DNA of 64,000 bases from Spirochaetia bacterium (GCA_963677925.2 CAXXYH010000004.1:1184001-1248000), one strand, 5' to 3'; counted from the first letter of the stretch, positions 29,852 through 40,407 are shown. Notes: a model not told the origin generated them from the letters alone. Translations and numbers: made by a program.

Positions 29852-31405
29852 TTAAATATTTCCCCCTTTTCTTTTCATTTTCTGGTGAGCCATAATTGCC
29901 TTCATTATGCTCTCCTGTGAAGCGTTCTCCCTGTCTATGCAGTCAGCCACCTCTCCTTCGTTGATTACATAGATTCTGTCGCACATACCCAGAAGCTCCG
30001 GAAGCTCGGAACTTATCATGAGTATTGATTTGCCTTCCGAGGCAAGTTTATTGATAATAGTGTAGATTTCATATTTTGCTCCTACATCGATGCCCCTTGT
30101 CGGTTCATCAAGCATAAGCACATCAGGCTGAGCCATAAGCCATTTGCTCAGCACAACCTTCTGCTGGTTTCCACCGGAAAGACTCTCGACAGTCTGTTCA
30201 AGTCCGGTACAGCGGAGGGCTAGTTTTTTGCGGTAATCGTCCGACTGAACGATTTCCTCGTTAAGATTCAGAACTCCGTTCTGTGATATCCGTTTCAAAT
30301 TTGCAAGACAGATATTTGTTTTTATATCGTTAATCAGCACAAGGCCATAATTCTTACGGTCTTCAGTCAGATAAACAACTCCCTGGTCTATAGACTCATT
30401 GACGGTGTTCAGTCTTATTTCTCTGCCCTGTTTGAATATCCTTCCGGAGTGTTTCTGTCCGTATGATTTGCCGAACAGGCTCATTGCTATTTCGGTTCTG
30501 CCCGCCCCCATGAGTCCGGCAAATCCGACGACCTCACCGGCTCTGATATTGAATGACGCAGAGTTGACTACTTTCCTGCTCTCCTGCTGAGGGTGGTATA
30601 CCGTCCAGTCTTCAACTCTGAATACTTCATCACCGATTGTGTTGCTGCGTTCAGGCCAGCGGTCGGTAATTTCACGGCCGACCATGCTTTTGATTATCCT
30701 GTCTTCGTTAAAGTCGTGTTCTTTTCTGTTCAGGGTTTCGATAACTTTTCCATCGCGTATTACGGTAATCTGATCTGCAATCTGTTCTACCTCATTAAGC
30801 TTGTGGCTTATCAGGATGGATGTAACCCCATGGGATTTTAAGTCGATCAGCAGTTTCAGAAGTTTCTGTGATTCCTCGTCGTTCAGGGCTGCTGTAGGTT
30901 CATCAAGAATAAGCAGCTTTACATCCTTGGAAAGAGCCTTCGCTATTTCAACAAGCTGCTGTTTTCCAACTCCGATGTTCCCGATCAGAGTGGTAGGATT
31001 TTCATCCAGTCCAACTTTTTTCAGCAGGGCCGCCGCCTTGCTTATCGTGTGATTCCAATCGATAACACCGGCATTGTTCACCTCGTTCCCGAGGAAGATG
31101 TTCTCTGCGATTGACAGGTATGGTATAAGGGCAAGCTCCTGATGAATAATAACTATTCCCAGTTTTTCACTGTCCTTAATATTCTTAAAAGTGCATTCAC
31201 TGCCTTCAAGCAGTATTTCGCCTTCATAACTTCCATGCGGGTGAACTCCGGAAAGTACCTTCATCAGGGTTGATTTACCCGCACCGTTTTCTCCAACCAG
31301 GGCATGGATTTCATCATCCATAACTGTAAGTCCGACATTATTAAGAGCAGTTACCCCTGAGAACTTTTTTGTTATGTTGCGCATTTCCAGAATGGTATTT
31401 GCCAT
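29852..31405 (-). CDS. gguA: Multiple monosaccharide ABC transporter ATP-binding protein (GguA/MmsA)
   Basis: [48 protein letters not shown] and [12 protein letters not shown] motifs. Confidence 0.92.
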   Translation of the reverse strand: MANTILEMRNITKKFSGVTALNNVGLTVMDDEIHALVGENGAGKSTLMKVLSGVHPHGSYEGEILLEGSECTFKNIKDSEKLGIVIIHQELALIPYLSIAENIFLGNEVNNAGVIDWNHTISKAAALLKKVGLDENPTTLIGNIGVGKQQLVEIAKALSKDVKLLILDEPTAALNDEESQKLLKLLIDLKSHGVTSILISHKLNEVEQIADQITVIRDGKVIETLNRKEHDFNEDRIIKSMVGREITDRWPERSNTIGDEVFRVEDWTVYHPQQESRKVVNSASFNIRAGEVVGFAGLMGAGRTEIAMSLFGKSYGQKHSGRIFKQGREIRLNTVNESIDQGVVYLTEDRKNYGLVLINDIKTNICLANLKRISQNGVLNLNEEIVQSDDYRKKLALRCTGLEQTVESLSGGNQQKVVLSKWLMAQPDVLMLDEPTRGIDVGAKYEIYTIINKLASEGKSILMISSELPELLGMCDRIYVINEGEVADCIDRENASQESIMKAIMAHQKMKRKGGNI

Positions 31406-31438
31406 TGTTCCTATGATTCTCCCGATCTGTACAGATGG

Positions 31439-31466
31439 ATATCGCCGGCTTTATGACCGGCGATAT
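31439..31466 (-). promoter_or_regulatory. Intercistronic hairpin after the binding-protein gene (mRNA stabiliser or partial terminator)
   Basis: ATATCGCCGG-8 nt-CCGGCGATAT perfect 10-bp stem with no strong U tract. Confidence 0.6.
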
Positions 31467-31519
31467 ATACTGTCATACTATTGAATTATAAAATCTCCAG
31501 ACATCAAACTCAAGAAATA

Positions 31520-32596
31520 TTACATTCCCAGATCAGCCTTGGTGTAGTAACCTGTGTCGATCAGTGCTGCTTCCCAGTTGCTGATGTCTACAGAAACCGG
31601 AGTTTCAAGAAATGATGGAACTATGCCGGTACCGTTGTCGTAGGTTTTTCTGTCGTTGATTTCAGGTTCTTTTCCCTGCAGTACGGCATCAACCATGTCT
31701 GAAGCGCGTTTTGCGAGAGTTCTTGTATCCTTGAATACTGTTGAAGCCTGCTCTCCGGCAAGTATTGATTTTACTGAAGGGATTTCAGCGTCCTGTCCTG
31801 TTACAATAGGAAGATCTTTTGTTTTACCGTATCCAACAGACTTAAGAGCCGAAAGGATACCGATTGAAAGACCGTCATACGGAGAAAGAACTGCGTCAAC
31901 GTTTTTATCTGTGTAAAAAGCGGCAAGCAGGTTATCCATTCTCTGCTGAGCGACAATACCGTCCCATCTGAGTGTTGCAACCTGATCGAAGTTTGTCTGG
32001 CCTGAGACAACTTTAAGCTGACCCTTGTCAATATAAGGCTGAAGCTGGCTCATAGCGCCGTCAAAGAAGTAATAAGCGTTTGTATCGTCAGGAGAACCTG
32101 CAAAAAGTTCAATATTGAAAGGGCCTGCACCGGATTTCAGGTTCAGAGCATCTACAATGTATCCTCCCTGAAGAACACCTACTTTGAAGTTGTCAAATGT
32201 TGCGTAGTAGCTTACGTGGGGTGAGTTTACGATAAGTCTGTCATAGGAAATAACTTTTACGTCATTCTTTGCTGCCTGCTCAAGCACATTGAACAGAGCG
32301 GCACCATCGATCGCAGCAATAACCAGGCAGTCGGCACCTTTTACTATCATGTTTTCAATCTGGTTTACCTGTGCGTCGATATTATCTTCAGCATACTGCA
32401 GGTCTACCTTGTAGCCTCTTTCTTCCAGGATTTCTTTCATGTATCCGCCGTCCTGGATCCATCTCTGTGATGACTGTGTCGGCATTGCCACACCTACGAT
32501 CTGCTGTTTGCTCTCCTGTTCTCCTCCTGCAAACACCGGCATAACTGCTGTCAGCAAAACTAGTGCTGCTGTCAGAATAGTTACAATCCTTTTCAT
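31520..32596 (-). CDS. chvE: Multiple monosaccharide-binding protein (ChvE-like)
   Basis: [42 protein letters not shown] and TGQDAE motifs. Signal peptide ending [11 protein letters not shown] at 32596 follows GGAGGA. Confidence 0.9.
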   Translation of the reverse strand: MKRIVTILTAALVLLTAVMPVFAGGEQESKQQIVGVAMPTQSSQRWIQDGGYMKEILEERGYKVDLQYAEDNIDAQVNQIENMIVKGADCLVIAAIDGAALFNVLEQAAKNDVKVISYDRLIVNSPHVSYYATFDNFKVGVLQGGYIVDALNLKSGAGPFNIELFAGSPDDTNAYYFFDGAMSQLQPYIDKGQLKVVSGQTNFDQVATLRWDGIVAQQRMDNLLAAFYTDKNVDAVLSPYDGLSIGILSALKSVGYGKTKDLPIVTGQDAEIPSVKSILAGEQASTVFKDTRTLAKRASDMVDAVLQGKEPEINDRKTYDNGTGIVPSFLETPVSVDISNWEAALIDTGYYTKADLGM

Positions 32597-32624
32597 TTTT
32601 TCCTCCAAATGGTATAATTTCAGC

Positions 32625-32686
32625 AACCAAACGGTCTGTAATGCAATAAAACGTAATCGTTTGGTTACGAATATGATTAAATCATA
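32625..32686. promoter_or_regulatory. Candidate operator sites in the divergent chvE / DeoR promoter region
   Basis: Perfect palindrome TATGATT-A-AATCATA (32672-32686) and inverted repeat AACCAAACG (32625-32633) / CGTTTGGTT (32658-32666). Confidence 0.45.
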
Positions 32687-32778
32687 GGACCGGTTTTTTT
32701 ATCTGTCAAGAAAAATCTGCATAATATTTTGCGTGAATATGAATCCATGATAGAATATTCCGGTACTGGAGAGCTTAA

Positions 32779-33567
32779 GTGTACGCAATTGAAAGAACTA
32801 GACTTATTAAAATGCATCTTGAGGAACACGGACAGGCTCAGGTCCAGACTCTAAGCAGCCTGCTTGGTGTGTCTGAAGTCACCGTAAGACGTGATCTTGA
32901 ACGGCTGGAAGCCGAAGGCTGGCTTACAAGAACCCACGGCGGGGCGGTCATCAACCGGCCTGATTCAGACACCAGTCTCAACCAGATACTTTCCAAAAGC
33001 ACGGCATCCGAAACTCATGATGAAATTGTTGCCATCGCAATGCGTATGATTGCCGATGGTGATGTGATAATGCTCACAAATGGCGAGGTGAACCGATGTA
33101 TTGCCTCGAGGCTTAATGAGCGTTCGAATCTTACAATCCTAACCAATGACGTCGCATGCGCCGCCCTGCTGACCGGGCAGCAGCAGAATAAGGTTGTACT
33201 GCTGGGAGGGACACTTGATCAGGAAGAGTTTGCCGTTTTCGGTTCGATGACCATTTCCAACCTCAATAAGTTTTTCGTGAACAGGCTTTTTATAGAGGTT
33301 GACGGCATAAGCAGCGACATGCATATGTCTGTGAGCAGTCAGGAGAAGGCTGATTTTATCCTTGAAGCCAGAGCCATGGCCGGCAATTCAATTATTGTAT
33401 GTCCTTCCGATCGCTTCTCGCATAATGCATTTTTCAGACTTGGCGATATCCGAATGGCTCAGGGGCTTGTTTCAGATCCGGATCTTGAAGATTCTTTCAA
33501 GTCGCAGATATTCTCATCGGGGGTTCCGATGTACACATCCATGGAGGCGTTTGAAGGCTGCGAATGA
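32779..33567 (+). CDS. DeoR/GlpR family transcriptional regulator
   Basis: HTH signature LGVSEVTVRRDLERLE..G.LTRTHGGA and a DeoR C-terminal domain (ILTN, LLGG). GTG start. Confidence 0.88.
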   Translation: MYAIERTRLIKMHLEEHGQAQVQTLSSLLGVSEVTVRRDLERLEAEGWLTRTHGGAVINRPDSDTSLNQILSKSTASETHDEIVAIAMRMIADGDVIMLTNGEVNRCIASRLNERSNLTILTNDVACAALLTGQQQNKVVLLGGTLDQEEFAVFGSMTISNLNKFFVNRLFIEVDGISSDMHMSVSSQEKADFILEARAMAGNSIIVCPSDRFSHNAFFRLGDIRMAQGLVSDPDLEDSFKSQIFSSGVPMYTSMEAFEGCE

Positions 33568-35066
33568 ACATGAACTCTTCTCCGCTGCTTGAGCTGAAGA
33601 ATATCTCAAAGGAATTTAACGGGTTCCACCTTCAGAATATAGATATAGATCTGTACCGCGGAGAAGTTCACGTCCTTGTAGGAGAAAACGGCTCCGGTAA
33701 ATCAACAATGATGAAGCTGATTGCAGGATGGTTTCCGCATGACAGCGGAGAAATCAAAATCAGCGGCTCACCGGTTGTATTCAGGGATATCAGGGACGCC
33801 AGGAAGCTGGGAGTTTACTACCTCCATCAGGAAGTTCAGTATTTCGAAAATCTAAGTGTTGCCGAGAACCTTTTTATGGGTGATCTTCCGAAGGTAAGCA
33901 GGGGCCTGGGGATTTTCAATGTAAATGAACTGATTTTCAAATGCGGTGAAGTCTTCAGGGAGCTCGGCCTTTCGATTAATCCTACGGAGAAGTTCTTTAA
34001 ACTCGGCTATGCCGAACGGCAGATGGTTTTTGTTGTAAAAAGCTACATTTCGGATGCTGATATAATCATCTTTGACGAACCCTCTTCGGCTCTTTCACAG
34101 CCTGAGAGGGAGGTTCTTTTCAATATTGTCCGAAAGCTGAAGTCCATGAACAAGGGAATCTTTTACATTTCGCACCGGCTTGATGAAATAGCAGAGGTGG
34201 GAGACCAGGTATCGGTTATGCACCGTGGCCGGGTAATTGCAACTTCTGACTGTGATTCCGTGCGTAATGAAAGTCTGATTAATATGATGTCCGGCGATGT
34301 GCATCAGGAAAAATATCCGAAGATCTCCGGTCCTCGGGGAAGAATAGTCCTCTCTGTAACCGATCTTATGTTTGAACCCATTTTGAAAGGTGTCAACTTT
34401 GATCTGCGTCAGGGAGAAATCCTTGGAGTGACCGGCCTTATGGGATCCGGGAGGACTCTTCTTGCAAACTGCCTCTTCGGTGCTGTTCAGCCAACCAGCG
34501 GAGAAATTAAAATGGACTGCGGTGTTGTGAACTTTTCCCACCCGCAGGCGGCTATGTCCTGCGGGATTTCACTGATTCCGGAAGACCGGATAAAGAACGG
34601 CATTTTCTCAAAGCATGATCTTCAGCGTAATATGACAAGTGCAACCCTAAGGCGCTTTGTAAACAGGCTGTTTTTGAACAAACTTTTTATGAGTCAGCTG
34701 ACCCATGAATATGTCGAAATCCTGAAAATTAAACCGGGAAAGCAGAATGATCTGATCGGCGATTATTCCGGCGGCAATCAGCAGAAGGTAATGCTTGGAA
34801 AGTGGCTTATGAACCGTTCCCCGATTTACATCATGGATGAGCCAACCCGCGGAGTCGATGCCGCTTCAAAAGTGGATATCTATAACGTCATGAATGAAAT
34901 AGTTTCCAAGGGAGCTGCCATCATTTTTATTTCATCAGAGATTGAAGAAATTCTTGGGATGTCGGACCGTATCCTTGTTCTGGCAGGCGGAAGGATTGCA
35001 AGAGAGCTTAAAAGAGAGGAGGCTACAAAGGAGATTATTCTTACAGCCGCTACTATGGATGTCTGA
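33564..35066 (+). CDS. Sugar (CUT2) ABC ATP-binding protein with no adjacent permease of its own
   Basis: Two NBDs: GENGSGKS, FDEP and ISH, then GLMGSGRT, PEDR, YSGGNQQK, DEPTRGVD and ISSE. Confidence 0.88.
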   Translation: MNMNSSPLLELKNISKEFNGFHLQNIDIDLYRGEVHVLVGENGSGKSTMMKLIAGWFPHDSGEIKISGSPVVFRDIRDARKLGVYYLHQEVQYFENLSVAENLFMGDLPKVSRGLGIFNVNELIFKCGEVFRELGLSINPTEKFFKLGYAERQMVFVVKSYISDADIIIFDEPSSALSQPEREVLFNIVRKLKSMNKGIFYISHRLDEIAEVGDQVSVMHRGRVIATSDCDSVRNESLINMMSGDVHQEKYPKISGPRGRIVLSVTDLMFEPILKGVNFDLRQGEILGVTGLMGSGRTLLANCLFGAVQPTSGEIKMDCGVVNFSHPQAAMSCGISLIPEDRIKNGIFSKHDLQRNMTSATLRRFVNRLFLNKLFMSQLTHEYVEILKIKPGKQNDLIGDYSGGNQQKVMLGKWLMNRSPIYIMDEPTRGVDAASKVDIYNVMNEIVSKGAAIIFISSEIEEILGMSDRILVLAGGRIARELKREEATKEIILTAATMDV

Positions 35067-35071
35067 GTTTT

Positions 35072-35479
35072 CTATACAGGAAGTGCAGAGCCTATAATTC
35101 CGTCAGCATATTCCGCCACCATATCAGCAGCCTTGATAAAACGGGGGATGTCCTTTTCCTCGGGCTCAACTGTTTTTACGTTAAAGAATGAACATATCAT
35201 CTGAATTGAATCCATGTATTTCATAATCTCTACAAGTTCGGGAGCAAGTTCCTTCACTTCTGCTGCGGTTTCAATAAAATCGGCCATGGTATGGTTTGCC
35301 GGAAGAATGCCCCTGTACATGAAGGCTGCCATGAAATACTTTTCAATGCACATGGCCGCTATATTGGATACAATCACGGGAATAAACACCTTGGGACGTT
35401 TGAGGCAGCCGTTGAGGGTTTTGTGATAGCCTTTTGCTTCGTTATAAAAAGTTTTCCAGTCAGAATCTTCGCTAAACAT
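35072..35479 (-). CDS. HEPN-like domain protein
   Basis: Helical 135-aa protein. IEKYFMA resembles the HEPN EK.LKA motif, followed by R-x6-H (RGILPANH). Confidence 0.55.
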   Translation of the reverse strand: MFSEDSDWKTFYNEAKGYHKTLNGCLKRPKVFIPVIVSNIAAMCIEKYFMAAFMYRGILPANHTMADFIETAAEVKELAPELVEIMKYMDSIQMICSFFNVKTVEPEEKDIPRFIKAADMVAEYADGIIGSALPV

Positions 35480-35554
35480 AATTTAAAGGTATTTACAATT
35501 TGAAAAATAATCAAGAGATTATTTGTAAAACAATGATAAAAAGACGCGGACATG

Positions 35555-35580
35555 AAAAAACCCGGCAAAAAGCCGGGTTC
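35555..35580 (-). terminator. Intrinsic terminator downstream of tRNA-Cys
   Basis: Minus strand reads AACCCGGC-TTTTT-GCCGGGTT followed by TTTT. Confidence 0.85.
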
Positions 35581-35589
35581 CAACTAAAG

Positions 35590-35661
35590 AGGCGCCGAGC
35601 GGATTCGAACCGCTGCATCAAGGTTTTGCAGACCTCTCCCTTACCACTTGGGTACGGCGCC
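35590..35661 (-). tRNA. tRNA-Cys (GCA), CCA not encoded
   Basis: Minus strand GGCGCCGTACCCAAGTGGTAAGGGAGAGGTCTGCAAAACCTTGATGCAGCGGTTCGAATCCGCTCGGCGCCT: 7-bp acceptor stem, anticodon GCA, GTTCGAATC T-loop, U discriminator. Confidence 0.97.
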
Positions 35662-35778
35662 ATATTTCTTACTTGTTCAACTGAGCCGCGCCAAAGGCAC
35701 AGCGCCATATAATAAGTATGGAAGAGAATATCAAAAAACCACTTTAATGTCCAGACAATACGCATTATAATTCGGGCT

Positions 35779-36423
35779 ATGGAATTAAGTTTCAGTATCC
35801 GCGACCTCGCTCTTTTTCAGGTTGCTTTGTTTGCCATCTTCAGTCCTATGGCCTGTATCGGTCCCTATGTGACTCTTACCGGAACCATGTCACGGCGTAT
35901 TCAGAAGAAAATGGCTTTCCGGATTGCTCTGTACTCGGCGATCTTCCTTGTTGTGACTGCCTGGGCCGGTGAAGCCCTGCTTAAGGCCATGGGTATTTCA
36001 GTAGATGCCCTGGCGGCGGGAGGCGGCCTGATCCTGATCCTTACATCGCTTCCGATGATCATGGAAGGGCGTTCACCCAGAAAGCGGGTCAAGACCGACG
36101 ACAACCCGGATGAGGGATGGGAAACTCTGGTTATCTCACCTCTTGTTTTCCCACTCACAATGGGTGCCGGAAGTATCTCCATGGTTGTAACCCACGCCCG
36201 AATGGTTGTGAGCATTGCCGACAGGCTGGCAATGTCTGTTGTCATTATTATTCACGGCATAATCATTTTCGCCACCTACTTTTTCTCAAGCCCGCTATCA
36301 GCACGTATGCATGGAAGCAGCGGTGCGGTTGTTACAAGAATAGGCGGAATTATACTTATCAGCCTTGCCTTTATTATCTTTACAAACGGGCTCAAAGGCC
36401 TCCTTCCGGGACTTGCCGGTTGA
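35779..36423 (+). CDS. MarC family membrane protein
   Basis: LFAIFSP, GISVDALAAGGGLIL, PLVFPLTMGAGSI and TRIGGIIL motifs. Confidence 0.9.
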   Translation: MELSFSIRDLALFQVALFAIFSPMACIGPYVTLTGTMSRRIQKKMAFRIALYSAIFLVVTAWAGEALLKAMGISVDALAAGGGLILILTSLPMIMEGRSPRKRVKTDDNPDEGWETLVISPLVFPLTMGAGSISMVVTHARMVVSIADRLAMSVVIIIHGIIIFATYFFSSPLSARMHGSSGAVVTRIGGIILISLAFIIFTNGLKGLLPGLAG

Positions 36424-36468
36424 AAATAATTTCTGCTGCTGCGGCAGTGAAAACTTCAGGAGAGAATT

Positions 36469-37962
36469 TTGCAGGAAGAATCAAAAGAGAACAACGTTAA
36501 AAATTCACAGCCCAAGGGGGCCAGAATACTTAAGAATATTTCTACATCTGCCGGCGGTTATGACTATGAAGCTGAAGCGGACTGGATAATACTGCGAAAG
36601 GAAGAAAAGCCGCGGGCTGAGATGTTTTTTGTCCGTTATACCAAGGTTGAAGAGGATACCTCCGACAGGCCTGTAACTTTCATTTTTAACGGAGGTCCGG
36701 GAGCCTCCTCTGTGTATCTCCATATGGGAGCTGCAGGTCCGAAACGAGTAGAGCTGCAGGGTAACGGAATTCCGGCGGCACCCCCATATAAACTGTATGA
36801 TAATGAGGAAACCTGGCTGAATTTTACCGACCTTGTTTTCATCGACCCTATAGGCACCGGCTTCAGCCGCCTGATCGAGAAGGATGGTGCTGAATCAGCT
36901 AAAAACGGAGAAAAATCCGCAGGCGGTGAAGAAAAGGACGAATACTGGAAGGTTGTGAGGGATCTCGAATCGCTCTGTGAGTTTGTCAGGAAGTACCTCT
37001 CAAAATACAGCAGGTGGGACAGCCCTGTTTATCTGGCTGGAGAAAGCTACGGAGGTTTCCGGGTAGCCAGGCTCGTAAAAATGCTGCAGCAGGATTACGG
37101 CGTGGGGATCAGGGGGGCTGTACTGATCTCTCCGGCCCTGGAGTTTAATCTGCTTAGCGGGTCTTCATACGATGCTCTCCATTGGGTGGACACTTTTCCG
37201 GTCATGGCCGGAGCGGCTGCATCTCATGGGAAATCAGCAAAAATGGGAAAGCAGGACAGCCTGGGTGCTGTAAGGAAAAAAGCCGAGTCTTTTGTGATTA
37301 CAGAGCTTCTGCCGTATCTTGTCTCAGGAGATATGATACCGGCACCCAGAAGAAAAAAAATAATTGCCGAGGCTGCACGATATACCGGAATCCCGGCCGA
37401 AGTGCTTGAAAGAAACCGCGGCCGCCTTGGTTTTGATTACTTTGCCAGAAACCTGCTTAGAAATGAGCGGAAGATACTTGGGCTTTACGACAGCAGTCTT
37501 GCCATTGATGACCCTACTCCCGAGAAGGACGGGTATGAGGGCCCGGAGCCGACACTGAACATGCTCGACCGTGTTTTTGCGGCAGGTATTAATACTCAGC
37601 TGCGCAAGGAAATAGGTCTTGAAACAGAACGTGATTACGAGCTTCTCAGCATGAAAGTAAATGAAAGCTGGGACATTGATACCAAGCAGCACGCCCTTGA
37701 GCGCCGGGTAGGCTCAGCTGATGAACTGCGGTACGGAATAAGTCTGAATACCGGGATGAAGGTTTTTATTACCCATGGGACTTTTGACCTTGTAACTCCG
37801 TATTTTGCGACCGACCGCATTACGGCTCAGATGAATCTTCCCGAAGATCTGAAGAAAAATCTTACTGTAAAGCATTATCGCGGAGGGCATATGTTTTATG
37901 CCAGAACTGACAGCCGGCTGGAATTTTATAAGGATCTCGAGGATTTTTATTCAGAAAGCTGA
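36469..37962 (+). CDS. Serine carboxypeptidase, family S10
   Basis: RPVTFIFNGGPGASS, DLVFIDPIGTGFS, nucleophile GESYGG, DLVTP and GGHMFY motifs. Confidence 0.92.
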   Translation: MQEESKENNVKNSQPKGARILKNISTSAGGYDYEAEADWIILRKEEKPRAEMFFVRYTKVEEDTSDRPVTFIFNGGPGASSVYLHMGAAGPKRVELQGNGIPAAPPYKLYDNEETWLNFTDLVFIDPIGTGFSRLIEKDGAESAKNGEKSAGGEEKDEYWKVVRDLESLCEFVRKYLSKYSRWDSPVYLAGESYGGFRVARLVKMLQQDYGVGIRGAVLISPALEFNLLSGSSYDALHWVDTFPVMAGAAASHGKSAKMGKQDSLGAVRKKAESFVITELLPYLVSGDMIPAPRRKKIIAEAARYTGIPAEVLERNRGRLGFDYFARNLLRNERKILGLYDSSLAIDDPTPEKDGYEGPEPTLNMLDRVFAAGINTQLRKEIGLETERDYELLSMKVNESWDIDTKQHALERRVGSADELRYGISLNTGMKVFITHGTFDLVTPYFATDRITAQMNLPEDLKKNLTVKHYRGGHMFYARTDSRLEFYKDLEDFYSES

Positions 37963-37980
37963 TGCATCATCATAAGCCGG

Positions 37981-40407
37981 CTATGAAACTGTTATTGTTA
38001 TTTCTTCCGATGTCATCCTGGAACATTCAGCTGTCACTGTGACGGTTCCGGGGCTGCCAGTTGTCCTTATCCATGCAGCTGCAACTCCGCCTGTAAATGA
38101 TGTAAGTGCCGGACCTATTACCTTTGCCGGGCCTGATACATTTATCTTCAGATAATCTGAACAGAAGGGCAGTATGTTTCCGAACTGATCAAGCAGCCGG
38201 AACTCAAGCCTGACTGCATCCCAGCTTGAGCGGTTTGACTCAAGAGTATCGGAGTCGGCTTTGATATAAAGCTGATGAAGGCTTCCTGAACCGAACCGTC
38301 TGCGGACAACCTCTTCCTGCTTTACATATCCTGCAATCTCGAATACGTCTTCGCTGTCTCCCCATCCTGCACTGAACTTAAGAAAGAGTGAGACAATATC
38401 TTCGTATTTCAGATTATATTTCTTCATGAAAATACCGAGCTTCAGCATGTGGGAGGGTTTAAGAGCCTCCTCGCCATTGAGCATTACATAACTGATCATT
38501 TTTCTGATTAAGGCAACATCTTTTTCTGAAAACTCTGAATTATCCAGCTGTTTGCCTACAAAGTCTTTAATAATTACCGGAGGATGATCAATTCCGGGAT
38601 ATTCATCCCTGGCAGGATAGAAGTTTCCTATTTCATTTCCGTTTCTGTAAAGTTTAATAAAATCACAGTTTGTATATACCTCAATGGGAAGCAGACTTGC
38701 TGCGCTTCGTTCGCCTTTTGCAAATAATGTAGCCGGTTCAAGTACAATTCCTTCCGACGGTTCCTTCTGGCTTGAGTAAACTGCAGCAGCAGTCTTCGGA
38801 ATTCTGAACATGTCGGAAACACCGTGATAGCATATTCTGTCGCCGCTTCCGAATTCCCTGTGTGTATTATAATCGAAGGCGCACCAGCCTATTGTTCCGC
38901 TTATGCTCTTATCAAGTCCGACCCTGTCGATTACCCTCAGATGCCTCAGTGCGTGTTCTCTTGTACGTTCTTCATTGTCAAAGCGCTTGGTCGGATACAT
39001 GTGGCCGTTGTATTCAGTGACCAGATAGGGGACAGGGCATTTTCCGCCCTTTTTGAGTTTGGTAACCTTTTCGGGAGTCCTCAGGATCCTCTCGGGCTCG
39101 GTATTTCCGCTGTGGACGAAATCGTTCATGGTATACACGTCTTCCAGAAGCTCGCTGTTTTCAATGTACCTCACACCGCCGGTCTGTCTTGTCGGGTCAA
39201 GTTCCCTTGCCAGGCTGTTTGTCCGGGTGTAAAAATTGTGATCATCCTGCGACTCATTGATTCTGACTCCCCAGATAATAACCGAGGGTCTGTTCCTGTC
39301 GCGGATAATCATCTCTTTCAGGCTGTTTACCGCGTTTTCCTTCCAGACTTCACCGCCTATATGCTGCCAGCCAGGCAATTCTTCAAAGACCAGCAGTCCT
39401 ATCTCATCACAGCGATCGTGAAAATGCCTGGATTGAGGATAGTGAGAAGTCCGGACGAGATTTAAACCCATTTCGTATTTAAGGATGTCAGCATCCTGCT
39501 TCTGCACCCGCTCCGGCATTGCGTAGCCTGCGTATGGAAAGGACTGATGTCTGTTCAGACCTCTGATTCTGAGGAAGCGTCCATTAAGGTAAAAGCCGTC
39601 GGGGCGGAATACCGCATGTCTGAACCCGGTCGTGATCTGGACTTCATCCATTACAGCATCATTCTCTGACAGTATTATCTCAAAATTATACAGTACAGGT
39701 TTTTTGATGTCCCATAATTCAATACCGGCAATATCATCAAGCCGTATATAGTGTACATTTCGGCCGGCTTTAACATCTTTCAGAATGGTTTTTCTTGTAA
39801 TTTTAACATCAGCAGGATCATCCCGGCGGAAAACCACAATACTGACAGCAAAATTCTCTCCTGCTCTAAGGCTGTGTGTTGTTAGCTCTACTGCGATGTC
39901 CTTTGTCTCCTCGAGTATGCGGTCTGTAACAATAAAAGTGTCTTCAACATAGATGCACTCGTTAACGCGAAGGAATACTTCACGGTAAATGCCTCCGTAT
40001 GTAAGGTAGTCAACTACTTTCCCGAAGGGGGGAATATTCTCATTTTCAGATGCGTCTGTTTTTACTGTGAGTATGTTATTCTTTCCGTATTCTACAAGAT
40101 CGGTAATTTCAACAGAAAAAGGAGTGAACCCTCCTCTGTGCTCGCCGGCCGGATTTCCGTTTAAAAAAACTTCGGCAGTGAGCATTACCCCCTCAAAATC
40201 GAGAAACAGACGTTTACCACTGTATTCAGGCAGTATTGAAAGTTCTATTTCATATGTGCTTTTAAACTGATAATCTTCTTCATCAAAACAGTTGAGCGGA
40301 AGTTCCAGATTGGTATGGGGTAAGTCAACTATTGTAAAGGCTTCATCCGGATCATCATCTTTTTTAAACCTCCAGCCGCTGTTAACAGGGATAATTCTGC
40401 GCATCAT
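37981..40407 (-). CDS. Glycoside hydrolase family 2 (beta-galactosidase-like)
   Basis: FEGV, GGFTPF, GGIYR, GLNRHQ, RTSHYP, acid/base region WGVRINE and nucleophile region LVTEYNG. Start is ATG 40407 or 40404 after GGAGGA. Confidence 0.92.
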   Translation of the reverse strand: MMRRIIPVNSGWRFKKDDDPDEAFTIVDLPHTNLELPLNCFDEEDYQFKSTYEIELSILPEYSGKRLFLDFEGVMLTAEVFLNGNPAGEHRGGFTPFSVEITDLVEYGKNNILTVKTDASENENIPPFGKVVDYLTYGGIYREVFLRVNECIYVEDTFIVTDRILEETKDIAVELTTHSLRAGENFAVSIVVFRRDDPADVKITRKTILKDVKAGRNVHYIRLDDIAGIELWDIKKPVLYNFEIILSENDAVMDEVQITTGFRHAVFRPDGFYLNGRFLRIRGLNRHQSFPYAGYAMPERVQKQDADILKYEMGLNLVRTSHYPQSRHFHDRCDEIGLLVFEELPGWQHIGGEVWKENAVNSLKEMIIRDRNRPSVIIWGVRINESQDDHNFYTRTNSLARELDPTRQTGGVRYIENSELLEDVYTMNDFVHSGNTEPERILRTPEKVTKLKKGGKCPVPYLVTEYNGHMYPTKRFDNEERTREHALRHLRVIDRVGLDKSISGTIGWCAFDYNTHREFGSGDRICYHGVSDMFRIPKTAAAVYSSQKEPSEGIVLEPATLFAKGERSAASLLPIEVYTNCDFIKLYRNGNEIGNFYPARDEYPGIDHPPVIIKDFVGKQLDNSEFSEKDVALIRKMISYVMLNGEEALKPSHMLKLGIFMKKYNLKYEDIVSLFLKFSAGWGDSEDVFEIAGYVKQEEVVRRRFGSGSLHQLYIKADSDTLESNRSSWDAVRLEFRLLDQFGNILPFCSDYLKINVSGPAKVIGPALTSFTGGVAAAWIRTTGSPGTVTVTAECSRMTSEEITITVS

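Noticed and set aside
35072-36423. Genomic island integrated at tRNA-Cys
   Set aside because: No integrase and no duplicated tRNA 3' end found in the window; the tRNA has an ordinary terminator.
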